Below are positions 36,628-45,498 of a DNA stretch of 64,000 nt, piece after piece. This DNA is from Patescibacteria group bacterium (lineage in GTDB: Bacteria; Patescibacteriota; Minisyncoccia; Phycocordibacterales; PALSA-1337), in contig JAZKDJ010000001.1 of NCBI GenBank assembly GCA_040387635.1, positions 179,851-243,850 on the forward strand, written 5' to 3'. The notes beneath the pieces are model-generated. The model saw only the letters and a list, made by a program, of their open reading frames with translations. It did no database searches and had not been told where the DNA came from. Positions within the stretch are counted from its first letter, which is position 1, and each line of letters begins with the position of its first letter. The position numbers and the translations under genes are program-made.

Positions 36628-37182
36628 ATGTTCAATAACCGACGACAATCATCTCCGAGCTCAGGAGGTTCACGAGGACCTCGACGATTTTCCCCTTCAA
36701 GGAAGCCATTTTCTCCATCTCGTTCCCAGTCTCAGTCTACATCTCGTCCGACTCGACCCTCTCATTCATCCCCGAGTCCTTCTCATTCGTCTCGTCCGCC
36801 ATATCCATCTCAGCGACCTTCTCACGCATCTCGACCTCCATATTCATCACGCCCATCTCGACCATCATATCCATCGCAGCGTCCTCCAATGCCAGCAAAG
36901 CCAATGGTTCCAAAGAAACCAGGACCTTCCCCTATTCCTGATCCGAACAAGCCTGAATTCCCAATGCGAGTAAACAAGTTCCTCGCGGCACAGGGTCATG
37001 GAAGCAGACGAGATATCGATCGAATGATCACTCAGGGTCAGATTTTCATTAACGGTAAGCGCGCAGTTCTTGGTGACAAGGTTATGGAGAGCGACGTTGT
37101 TACATCAAAATTCCGCCGACGAATGTCAAAAGCGGAACGAGAAGAAATTAAGAACCAGCCAAAGGCACCGAGAGGATACTAA
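36628..37182 (+). CDS. Stand-alone S4 RNA-binding-domain protein with ~110-aa S/R/P-rich disordered N-terminus
   Basis: It has the S4 domain MRVNKFLAAQGHGSRRDIDRMITQGQIFINGKRA. The N-terminus carries SRP/SQRP repeats. No pseudouridine-synthase catalytic domain follows. Confidence 0.75.
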   Translation: MFNNRRQSSPSSGGSRGPRRFSPSRKPFSPSRSQSQSTSRPTRPSHSSPSPSHSSRPPYPSQRPSHASRPPYSSRPSRPSYPSQRPPMPAKPMVPKKPGPSPIPDPNKPEFPMRVNKFLAAQGHGSRRDIDRMITQGQIFINGKRAVLGDKVMESDVVTSKFRRRMSKAEREEIKNQPKAPRGY

Positions 37183-37189
37183 GTCGATC

Positions 37190-37705
37190 TCAAAACGACT
37201 TCAGTCTAAATCTCCATTTTTTCTTGGACCAAATTGGTCCGGCAAAATCTACTCCGATTCTTGGGAGTTTCAAAATATCTTTTTTAGAAATCACCTCACC
37301 CCTATCCTCTATCCAAAGTCCGCTTTCCTTAGCGGCTTTTTTGTTATTAAATCTTCGATCAATATGTAAAGCTTTGGTGAGTTTTCCTGGACCATCAAAT
37401 CCCTCAATACCTCTAATCAAAACTGCAGCTGGGTGATCTTTGTTACCTGTGACCACATTAAGCATTTCATATATTCCATAAATGAGATACACGTACCAGA
37501 CGCCGCCCTCTTCGAACATCACTTCAGTGCGCTTGGTTTTACCTTTGGATGCATGACAGGCCAAATCACCTTCACCATCATAGGCTTCCACCTCGGTGAT
37601 CATGTGGGCAGTTATCTTGCCTCCATAGGAAACAACTAAATATTTACCGATGAGATCTGGAGCGACCTTGAGCACCGGCCTTTTGTAGAAATCTTTTCGA
37701 AGCAT
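37190..37705 (-). CDS. mpg: DNA-3-methyladenine glycosylase (AAG/Mpg family)
   Basis: Motifs VAPDLIGKYLV, TEVEAY, DLACHASKGKTKRTEVMF and GGVWYVYLIYG are present. Confidence 0.9.
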   Translation of the reverse strand: MLRKDFYKRPVLKVAPDLIGKYLVVSYGGKITAHMITEVEAYDGEGDLACHASKGKTKRTEVMFEEGGVWYVYLIYGIYEMLNVVTGNKDHPAAVLIRGIEGFDGPGKLTKALHIDRRFNNKKAAKESGLWIEDRGEVISKKDILKLPRIGVDFAGPIWSKKKWRFRLKSF

Positions 37706-37729
37706 TTCTTTATTCTATCTACACTGCGT

Positions 37730-39181
37730 CTACTTCTCTAGATCAAGAGTATTGTCTATTCTGATTTGCTTTACGAATTCAGGAACGTGGCTGACGAGAA
37801 TCATAGCTCCTTCATACTGATCAAGCGCCTTAGCGATGACGGGTAGATGTCGGAAGTTGATATGGTTAGTAGGCTCGTCGAGAATGAGGAGACCTGGCTT
37901 CTGCAAAACCAATCGCGCGAACGCAACGAGACCCTTCTGGCCTTCCGAGAGGTTTCCAATTTTTGTATTGATGACGTCGGATGTTATGAGAAAACTTGAA
38001 GCTACTCCTCGAAGCTTGGCTTCATCAGGGCTTTCCATAATACCTCGAAGCGATTCGAACACTGTGTCTTCAAAATTGAGTGTCGAGAAATCCTGACGAT
38101 AGTATCCAACACGAACACCTTCAGTGATAAAGCTTCCTTCAGAAGTTCCGTTAGCAATTGCTTCAAGGAGTGTTGATTTACCAATACCGTTTGGACCGCG
38201 AAGCAGAAGATGCTCTTTGCGTCTAAGCGAGATGTTTGTCTTACGAGCTACTGCCTTATGATCCTTAATCACCTTGTACGAAACAATCTTCAACACTTCT
38301 CCTGAAAGATCAGTCTGTGCAGGGATTACGAAATCCTTGATAGTCCTGTCTTCTTTTCGCACATCAACAATCTCACCTTCGAGCTCTTCAGCCTTCTCCC
38401 TCATTCGCTTAGCAACAAGTCGCATCTGTCCTCCCTTGTTAGCAAAGAAGTTTGCCTTGTCCTTGTTCTCCTGGATTTCTTTCTCGAGCTGAGCGTTCTT
38501 GCGGTTTTCTTTTTCGATACGAGCTGAAATTTCTTTCAAGAGATTGAAATAGTTTCCTACATACTGCTCAACCTTTCGAGTATGAACATCAAGGTACAAA
38601 ACTCCATCAGTGAATGAATTGAGGAAATCCGCGTCGTGGGAAATGACAACACATGTCTTGTTGTGGCTGATGATGAACTGCGTGAGATGTTCAATACCTG
38701 CCTTGTCGAGATTGTTAGTAGGCTCATCAAGAAGAAGGATGTCTGGATCCTGAATCAATGCAGAAGCAAGCAAAAGTCTTGCCTGCTGACCTCCTGAGAA
38801 TGACCTAACAATCCTGTCATGCGGCGCAGTTAGATGAACAACTTCGAGAACCTCATCGATCTTTGGATCGATATCATAGATCTTCTTGTCGAAACTTTTC
38901 TCGAAGAATTCTCTGATCGTAAGATCGAGCTGATCTCGAGGAATAACCTGGCGAGCAGTAGCGATCGTAACTCCGTTGGTGCGATGGATTTTTCCTTCAG
39001 TAGGCTGAATGGCTCCAGTAATCATTCCGAAGATGGTTGATTTACCTGCACCGTTCTGGCCCATGATGGTAATTTTTGAACCCCGACGCACGGAAAAGCC
39101 AACCTCTTCCAAGATTGGCTTTTTTATTCCGTATTCGAAGGAAACATCCTCGAATCGTATGATTACGTCACCTTGCGCCAT
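37730..39181 (-). CDS. ABC-F family ATPase (two tandem ABC domains, no TM domain)
   Basis: It has two Walker A sites (GQNGAGKST, GPNGIGKST), two signature motifs and a charged inter-domain linker. Confidence 0.9.
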   Translation of the reverse strand: MAQGDVIIRFEDVSFEYGIKKPILEEVGFSVRRGSKITIMGQNGAGKSTIFGMITGAIQPTEGKIHRTNGVTIATARQVIPRDQLDLTIREFFEKSFDKKIYDIDPKIDEVLEVVHLTAPHDRIVRSFSGGQQARLLLASALIQDPDILLLDEPTNNLDKAGIEHLTQFIISHNKTCVVISHDADFLNSFTDGVLYLDVHTRKVEQYVGNYFNLLKEISARIEKENRKNAQLEKEIQENKDKANFFANKGGQMRLVAKRMREKAEELEGEIVDVRKEDRTIKDFVIPAQTDLSGEVLKIVSYKVIKDHKAVARKTNISLRRKEHLLLRGPNGIGKSTLLEAIANGTSEGSFITEGVRVGYYRQDFSTLNFEDTVFESLRGIMESPDEAKLRGVASSFLITSDVINTKIGNLSEGQKGLVAFARLVLQKPGLLILDEPTNHINFRHLPVIAKALDQYEGAMILVSHVPEFVKQIRIDNTLDLEK

Positions 39182-39186
39182 TGCTT

Positions 39187-40761
39187 TTACTCTACGAACG
39201 TGAGGGCGATACCCTTCTTATTGTTTCGTCCTGTTCGGCCAATTCGGTGAACATAGTCATCGTAGGTCGCAGGAATGTCGTAGTTAATAACGTGGCTAAC
39301 ATCTGGGATGTCGAGACCTCGAGCTGCAACGTCTGTCGCAACGAGAATCTTGCTGTAGTTATTTTTGAATGCCGTAAGCGCCTTCTGTCGGCTGCCGTGA
39401 GTCTTGTTTCCATGGATAGCTTCTGCCTTGAATCCCTTCTGAACAAGGAGCTTTGAAAGCTTCTCAACGCCGTGCTTTGTGCGGCCGAAGATAATTACCT
39501 TGTTGAATTCTGGATTTGAAAGAAGCTTATGGAGAACATCAACCTTATCTGAACCTCGTTCAATTCGAACGATATCCTGGTCGATATTCTTTGACGTGTC
39601 GCGCGTCTTAACTGAGACTCGTACTGGCTGCTTGAGGAACTCTCCAATCAGCTTCTCGATGTCTGATGACAACGTAGCTGAGAAGAAAAGCGTGTGACGG
39701 TCCTTTGGCATACCTGCCATGACCTCTCGCATATCATTGATGAATCCCATGTCGAGCATTCGGTCGGCCTCGTCGAGGACAACTGTCTTGAATGACGCGA
39801 GATTGATCCGGCCACGCTGGATGAGGTCTTTGACTCGTCCTGGCGTACCAATAATGAAGTTGTTTGGGTGGCGAAGCTCCATCATCTGCTGATGAATGCT
39901 CATACCTCCTACGCAGCAAACTGAGTAAATTCTTGAGCCCTTTGTGAAGCCCTTGAGCTCCTGGTCAATCTGAATCGCAAGTTCCCGTGTAGGAACGAGG
40001 ATAAGGATGTGCTGCTTTGGATCAAGTTTTACCTTGTTGATGAGAGGAATAAGGAATGCTCCTGTCTTACCCGTACCAGTGTTCGCGATACCTACAATGT
40101 CAGAGCCTCGAAGAATATGAGGAATGGACTTGTCCTGGATTGGGGTTGGAAGGCTGTATCCTTTCGCGAGGATAGCGTCCTTCAAAGTTTGGTCGATCTG
40201 AAAATCCGCGAACTTATGTTCTGGGATGTAATTCTCGACAACTTCTGTAACTACTGCTTTGTTGATGAATTTTGAGAAGTGAATGTTATCGGTTTTACCT
40301 CGATTACCTCCGCCTCTGTTGCCTCCTCGGTTTCCACCGAATCTGCTGCCACCGCCAAATCGGCTAGATGAACCAGCTGAGCTTCCTCGGCTTCCGCCGA
40401 ATCTGCTAGGTGCTGAACTTGAGCTACCAAATCTGCTTGGCGCTCCGGATCGTGATCCGAATCGGCTTGGAGCTGAGCTCGTACCTCCAAATCTGCTAGG
40501 AGATGAAGGCCTGCTTGAGCTACCAAATCGGCTAGATGAGCTTGAACCTCCAAAACGGCTTGGTCCAGAATGTGAACCACCGAATCGGCTAGGTCCGCCG
40601 AACTTGCTTGGGCTAGATGGTCGAGCTGCACCCGTAGATGAACCCTGACCTGCGCTAGCTGGTGAACTATGAGAACTGCCTCCTCTTTCAGTCCGGTTTC
40701 GGAATGAAGAAGATGGTCGGAAAGGCTTCTTAAAGCCTCCGCTTGAATGTGATGTTTGCAT
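39187..40761 (-). CDS. DEAD-box ATP-dependent RNA helicase with ~150-aa N-terminal SRFGG/RGG repeat region
   Basis: Helicase motifs are present (Q-motif F…TPIQ, ANTGTGKT, PTRELA, DEAD, SAT, HGN…Q…R…F, ATDVAARGLD, YVHRIGRTGR). The N-terminus has about 9 PSRFG(G/S) repeats. Confidence 0.92.
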   Translation of the reverse strand: MQTSHSSGGFKKPFRPSSSFRNRTERGGSSHSSPASAGQGSSTGAARPSSPSKFGGPSRFGGSHSGPSRFGGSSSSSRFGSSSRPSSPSRFGGTSSAPSRFGSRSGAPSRFGSSSSAPSRFGGSRGSSAGSSSRFGGGSRFGGNRGGNRGGGNRGKTDNIHFSKFINKAVVTEVVENYIPEHKFADFQIDQTLKDAILAKGYSLPTPIQDKSIPHILRGSDIVGIANTGTGKTGAFLIPLINKVKLDPKQHILILVPTRELAIQIDQELKGFTKGSRIYSVCCVGGMSIHQQMMELRHPNNFIIGTPGRVKDLIQRGRINLASFKTVVLDEADRMLDMGFINDMREVMAGMPKDRHTLFFSATLSSDIEKLIGEFLKQPVRVSVKTRDTSKNIDQDIVRIERGSDKVDVLHKLLSNPEFNKVIIFGRTKHGVEKLSKLLVQKGFKAEAIHGNKTHGSRQKALTAFKNNYSKILVATDVAARGLDIPDVSHVINYDIPATYDDYVHRIGRTGRNNKKGIALTFVE

Positions 40762-41026
40762 TTATTTGCTTTATCTAGAAGAGTCCGTTCTTTATTGAGC
40801 GGCCTTCATAACTCTCTGATCTTTAGAATAATAGACGATCAGGCTGTCTCGTGAGTTTTAGATAGAGCTTTTCCAGAAAGAATCTGGGAGACCTCGAAAA
40901 CAAAGAGATTTAGTTACTTGGGTAGTATATACCAAAATAAGGAATAAGTCAACTATGGCTCAGTTGGGCGAGCTTTACATCCTTACTATTCAATGTAGTA
41001 TTCAGGTCAGAACAACACGAACTTTG

Positions 41027-42325
41027 ATGAATAAAGCACGAAAAGCCCTCATTTTAGGCAGCGGCGCACGCGAAGACTCGATTGTCTGGCGGCTCTTGCG
41101 CTTCGATCCAACGATGGAAGTGTACGCGGCTCCAGGTAATCCAGGCATGGCGATGAGAGGATGCAAGCTCATTCCTCTCTCCCTCGACCACAAAAATTTC
41201 GAGCTCCTGAAGGATATCGCCCTCAATCTCGGAATCACCCTTGTCATTGTCGGCCCTGATAACGCCTTGGTTGATGGTGTTGTAGGAGTTTTCACCCAGG
41301 CAGGTATCCCGACCTTCGGGCCAGAAACTGCCTGCGTTATCGAAGCCAGCAAAAATTATGCCAAAAATCTCATGCGTAACATCGGTATTCCAACGGCACC
41401 ATTCGAGACATTCTCGAACTATGACGATGCGGCTGCGTATGTCCGCAAAAAAGATGGGCAGGTCGTCGTCAAAGCCGATGGCCTAGCACTCGGCAAAGGG
41501 GTGCGCGTCTGCAATAGTGTGAACGAAGCACTTCAGGCCCTCACGGACTTCATGATCAACGAGAAAGTCGGCGCTGCCGGCAAAACCGTAGTCATTGAAG
41601 ACAAACTCGTGGGCACGGAACTTTCGATTCATGCATTCTGCGACGGCACCGATGCAGCAATGCTCTTGCCTGTACGCGATCACAAAACCCTCACCAGCGA
41701 TCCCAAAAGCCCAATGACGGGCGGCATGGGAGTCTGGGGTCCGATCGATATCGATTCCGAGCTGATGACCACGATCAAGGAAACCATTGTCATGCCATGC
41801 CTTCAAGAATTGAACAAGCGACGCACGCCGTTCCGCGGGTGTCTCTACCCCGGATTAATGCTGACCGCCGACGGTCCCAAAGTCCTGGAGTTCAATGCCA
41901 GACTCGGGGATCCCGAAGCTCAGTGGTACATGCGCATGCTTCGCGAGGACGTTGATGTGTATGACGTGTTTCTCGCTTGCGCTGAAGGAAACCTGAAAAG
42001 ACTCGGGTATGGATCAGAGCCATTCCAGTGGCACAACGCAAACTGTTCCGTAATCACACTGGCTGCGGCGGGATATCCAGAGAAACCTCAAAAAGGTGAC
42101 CCTATCGAAGGTTTGCAGAATTATACCTCCCCGAATGGCAAGACTGTGGTTTTCCACGGCGGCACTGCATGGGTAAACGGTGAGCTCGTCACAAACGGTG
42201 GCCGAGTTCTCTCGGTGAGCACAGTATTGGGTAACGCTGAACCTGTACGCAATGCCTACGAACCCCTGCGAATGGGTCTTGGTTTCTCCCGTTTCCACTA
42301 CCGTGGTGACATTGGCGAGAATTGA
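41027..42325 (+). CDS. purD: Phosphoribosylamine--glycine ligase
   Basis: It has KALILGSGAREDS, ATP-grasp motifs and the C-terminal VTNGGRVL. An in-frame ATG at 40955 (24 extra aa) is an alternative start. Confidence 0.9.
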   Translation: MNKARKALILGSGAREDSIVWRLLRFDPTMEVYAAPGNPGMAMRGCKLIPLSLDHKNFELLKDIALNLGITLVIVGPDNALVDGVVGVFTQAGIPTFGPETACVIEASKNYAKNLMRNIGIPTAPFETFSNYDDAAAYVRKKDGQVVVKADGLALGKGVRVCNSVNEALQALTDFMINEKVGAAGKTVVIEDKLVGTELSIHAFCDGTDAAMLLPVRDHKTLTSDPKSPMTGGMGVWGPIDIDSELMTTIKETIVMPCLQELNKRRTPFRGCLYPGLMLTADGPKVLEFNARLGDPEAQWYMRMLREDVDVYDVFLACAEGNLKRLGYGSEPFQWHNANCSVITLAAAGYPEKPQKGDPIEGLQNYTSPNGKTVVFHGGTAWVNGELVTNGGRVLSVSTVLGNAEPVRNAYEPLRMGLGFSRFHYRGDIGEN

Positions 42326-42348
42326 GCACGAAACGATTCAACAACACG

Positions 42349-42390
42349 AAAGCCGGCGCGACATTGATTGTCGTCGCGCCGGCTTTTTTT
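42349..42390. terminator. Strong bidirectional terminator between convergent genes
   Basis: AAAGCCGGCGCGAC…GTCGCGCCGGCTTT forms a 14-bp stem followed by TTTTTT. Confidence 0.8.
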
Positions 42391-42394
42391 CTAC

Positions 42395-42925
42395 CTAAAT
42401 TTTATCTATCTCTCCTCTTTTGAATTTCCTTTTTCTATAGAAGTACACAGCATAGATTACTACCAAACAAATTACGTTGGTGAAAAATATAATAGGCGTT
42501 GACCAAGGAATTCCATTTACTTCTGCAAATGGCAAAGGCCATAGATATGGAGTTGGAAAAAACTTCGTTGAATGCGTAAAGAGATCAAGGAAAATATGAA
42601 ATGGCCACGCCATCATTGCCCAGAGAGGACCTCTGATTTTTCCACGTATTGCCCAAACAATGAGAAACGCTACAAGAAAAACAACGAAGCTGTGAGTTAT
42701 ATCATAGAGCGTATCAACATATTGAGGAATAGACGAAAGCTCTGGCGGACCCGCCTGCCATTCCCATGTACCTGTAACCAAGGATTGGAAAAGTCGTTGA
42801 GCTGTAAATATTCCGAAAGAGAAAAGATCAGGTGCGATACCAAAAACAAATGACAGCCAAAATAGCTTACGATTTTTTCTGCCCCAAATAATTGCACCCC
42901 ATAGGCCGTGCGAAAGAATATCCAT
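42395..42925 (-). CDS. Membrane-bound metal-dependent hydrolase family protein (YdjM-like)
   Basis: It starts MDILSHGLWG and has several His in TM segments across 4-5 TM helices. The start at 42925 is preferred. Confidence 0.55.
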   Translation of the reverse strand: MDILSHGLWGAIIWGRKNRKLFWLSFVFGIAPDLFSFGIFTAQRLFQSLVTGTWEWQAGPPELSSIPQYVDTLYDITHSFVVFLVAFLIVWAIRGKIRGPLWAMMAWPFHIFLDLFTHSTKFFPTPYLWPLPFAEVNGIPWSTPIIFFTNVICLVVIYAVYFYRKRKFKRGEIDKI

Positions 42926-43026
42926 GTCACAAAGTATACCAAACATATCGTTGCAACACCCACTCAACCTTGACAAACATCGTTTTTCGTTTAAATTTGA
43001 TTTAGATTTGAAAAACCACTCTTACT

Positions 43027-43962
43027 GTGAAAATTAATAAACGCGTGAGGATTTGTGCGGGCAAAGGCGGCGTTGGAAAGACATTCTGTGCCGTATCGAC
43101 TGCTATTTTCCTGGCCAGTATCGGCCAGAAGACCCTTATCATTGATTACGATGGCGGGCATAATGTTCTCCATACGTTAGGTATCACGGAGAAAATCGCG
43201 AAAAACAAGATCGTGAAGCTTCGTGACAATCTCTATATCTGCATCATTGCAGGCATCAGATTTGACAGCATCCGCGCGTGCCAGGAGCATAAAATCGGAT
43301 TCGAGCAGTACTTCTCCCAGTTCCCCAAAGACTACGGGATGATCGCTCTCAACGACATGGTCCACAAATTTTTTGGCGTCTCCACGGACATCCCGACGCT
43401 CCAAAAGTTTCTTTCACTGGTGATTATGCTGGAGTTTGCGCAAAAGGAAAACTTCGAGAACATTGTCATTGACGTGGAACCAACCGCAGGTCTCGAACGT
43501 TTGCTTTCGGAGGCGAAGACATTGATTGAAAGCATGTCCAATCTCAAGGACAAAGGACTGATTGCGCTGACGTTTATCGGCGCTAACTGGCCCGACATCA
43601 AGAAATTTCTGCAATCGGATTATATCGCCAACATCGATACGTACATGCAAAACGTTGCTCATACTGTCGATTTCCTGGGCAATGCATCCTACGGCATTGT
43701 TTGTACGGCGGAATCATCTTCCATCGTCCAGGTGGAAGAAGTGGTGAACATCATCCGCTCATACGCCGGCAATATTCAAGGGTTCATCGTCAACAATACC
43801 CGCGATGAATCCTTCGAAGCCGGTAACATTGCCCGACTGGATGCCTACGTCCTGAAGCGGGTACTCAATCCGCGGACGCCTGAAATTCACTTGGGCAACG
43901 ATCCTATCCCCCTCCTCATCAAGACGGGCGAGCGGCTCTTCGAAACGTTTTGGGAAAACTAA
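43027..43962 (+). CDS. ArsA/Get3-like (deviant Walker A, SIMIBI class) ATPase, function unknown
   Basis: It has GKGGVGKT at the N-terminus and DVEPTAG (like ArsA DTAPTGHT). It has a GTG start and is GC-rich relative to its neighbours. Confidence 0.65.
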   Translation: MKINKRVRICAGKGGVGKTFCAVSTAIFLASIGQKTLIIDYDGGHNVLHTLGITEKIAKNKIVKLRDNLYICIIAGIRFDSIRACQEHKIGFEQYFSQFPKDYGMIALNDMVHKFFGVSTDIPTLQKFLSLVIMLEFAQKENFENIVIDVEPTAGLERLLSEAKTLIESMSNLKDKGLIALTFIGANWPDIKKFLQSDYIANIDTYMQNVAHTVDFLGNASYGIVCTAESSSIVQVEEVVNIIRSYAGNIQGFIVNNTRDESFEAGNIARLDAYVLKRVLNPRTPEIHLGNDPIPLLIKTGERLFETFWEN

Positions 43963-43983
43963 ATCCCTGACAATACTTTCAAG

Positions 43984-44016
43984 AAAGCTTCGCGACAACG
44001 CGAAGCTTTTTCTTTT
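43984..44016. terminator. Bidirectional terminator between convergent genes
   Basis: AAAGCTTCGCG-ACAA-CGCGAAGCTTT forms an 11-bp stem followed by TTCTTTT. Confidence 0.8.
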
Positions 44017-44022
44017 GTAGTT

Positions 44023-44802
44023 TTATTTTACTGAACCCTTTTTTTCGTTTCCAGAATTGCTTTTGTCTTCCCTGACTTTCTTAACCTTTTCTTTAACGTT
44101 TCTTTCAAGCTCTTGGATTTCTTTCTTTTGAGACTCATTTGAAGATTTCTTGATGTGTTCGAGCTTCTCAGTTTCTAGTTCGATTTCGGCTTCGAATTTC
44201 TCATGCATTTCTGAATTCTTTGCTGAGTTAACGGAACCTCGGCCCTTGTTCTTGTTTGGATTATTTGAATTTCCTGGACCGTTGTTTTCATCTTCGTTCT
44301 CCACGTCTTCTTCAACTCCCTCATTTCTGCTTTCTTTTGAAAGCTCGCTAAACTTCTCCGAGTGAAGATTGAATTTTGCTTCAATGTCTTTTCGTTTGCT
44401 TTCGTTGAGCTTTCCTTCAGATGCTAGGATTCGAGCTTCTGTAAGACGTCGTTCGGCTTTCTTAGCTTCCCATTCTGCCTTGGCTTCTTTCTTAACTGCC
44501 ACAGCACTTCGCAAAGGCTCGTTTATGTTTACTTTAATTGGATACAAAATATCTCCAGGGACCGCCTTCTCTGCCGCATAAGATGTTCCTACGCTTCCCG
44601 CAACAAATACAAGTACGACGAGAGCGTACGCCATAGTTCGCAATGACATGCTTGAAAAATATGTGCTTATCAAAAATGGAGACTCTACTGGAATGCTCGC
44701 AGGTTTTCCTAGAACACGCTGAAGCATCTCGCTCTTCTCTACATGAGAAAGACCGGTCTTCTTGAAATCCTTTATTCCTTTGTTTAGGTTGAAGTTTTTC
44801 AT
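44023..44802 (-). CDS. Putative anti-sigma / DUF5667-like membrane protein
   Basis: It starts 1 nt after the sigma stop codon. It has a TM (LVVLVFVAGSVGTSYA) followed by PGDILYPIKVNINEP and AERRLTEA. It is paralogous to 10581..11990. Confidence 0.55.
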   Translation of the reverse strand: MKNFNLNKGIKDFKKTGLSHVEKSEMLQRVLGKPASIPVESPFLISTYFSSMSLRTMAYALVVLVFVAGSVGTSYAAEKAVPGDILYPIKVNINEPLRSAVAVKKEAKAEWEAKKAERRLTEARILASEGKLNESKRKDIEAKFNLHSEKFSELSKESRNEGVEEDVENEDENNGPGNSNNPNKNKGRGSVNSAKNSEMHEKFEAEIELETEKLEHIKKSSNESQKKEIQELERNVKEKVKKVREDKSNSGNEKKGSVK

Positions 44803-44803
44803 G

Positions 44804-45349
44804 TTAGTTCTTTTTAGCTTCTTGGCTATACCCACTTATTTGTCGAAGCTTCTCTAATCCTCGAGTTATTCGTACTGATACAACGTTCACTGTTTCTCCG
44901 AGTACTTCCGCGATCTCCTGAGGTCTCATACCTTCCACAAATCTCAGGTAAACCGCCTGCTGATATGTCGGATCCAGTTCTCGTATCTTCGTTATTAAAA
45001 ACCTTGCTTCGGCTGTCATTTCGGCTGAGAGCTCCGCTTCATCATCCACAAGTCCGATCTCGCCATGTGGATCTTCATCCGCCATCTGATCGAGAGACGA
45101 GGCTTTTTTCTTACGATACCAGTCAATAATAAGGTTCCTGGTTATCTTGAACACAAAGGCTCGTGGGTTTTGGATGTCGTTGCCAGCCTGCATACTTACC
45201 CATATCTTTGTGAAAGCTTCCTGGGCAATATCCTTGGCCACATCCCTGTTTGATGTCCTTAAGAGACAAAAGCGAAAGACGGCATCAGCTTCCTTTGTAT
45301 AGAGCGCGACAAATTCCTTTTCTGTATTGTGCGGATGGCTTGTGGGCAT
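44804..45349 (-). CDS. Sigma-70 family (ECF-like) RNA polymerase sigma factor
   Basis: Region 2 (AKDIAQEAFTKIW, RAFVFKITRNLIIDWYRK) and region 4 (AVYLRFVEGMRPQEIAEVLGETVNVVSVRITR) are present. It is a paralog of 11974..12495. Confidence 0.9.
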   Translation of the reverse strand: MPTSHPHNTEKEFVALYTKEADAVFRFCLLRTSNRDVAKDIAQEAFTKIWVSMQAGNDIQNPRAFVFKITRNLIIDWYRKKKASSLDQMADEDPHGEIGLVDDEAELSAEMTAEARFLITKIRELDPTYQQAVYLRFVEGMRPQEIAEVLGETVNVVSVRITRGLEKLRQISGYSQEAKKN

Positions 45350-45498
45350 TTGGGGGCTCTGTTAATTAAGACGAGTGAGGAATGGTTTCCTTACTTTATT
45401 CGGATAATAATACAACACTTTGCAAGATATGTCCATGTAAGGATGTCCAACCTGCCCCGTCATCTGGAGCGTGAGATTAGCAGTTAATCAATCAAACT

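Noticed and set aside
40251-40648. Periodic DNA repeats that might suggest a CRISPR-like or satellite array
   Set aside because: The repeats are short (~15-24 nt), imperfect and without unique spacers. They lie in frame within the DEAD-box helicase N-terminus, where they encode PSRFG(G/S) units. This is a coding low-complexity region.
40955-41026. 24-codon N-terminal extension of purD from ATG 40955
   Set aside because: The extension (MAQLGELYILTIQCSIQVRTTRTL) has no counterpart in PurD proteins, which begin at the equivalent of MNKARKALILGSG. It is not fully excluded, because an AAGGA lies 11 nt upstream of 40955.
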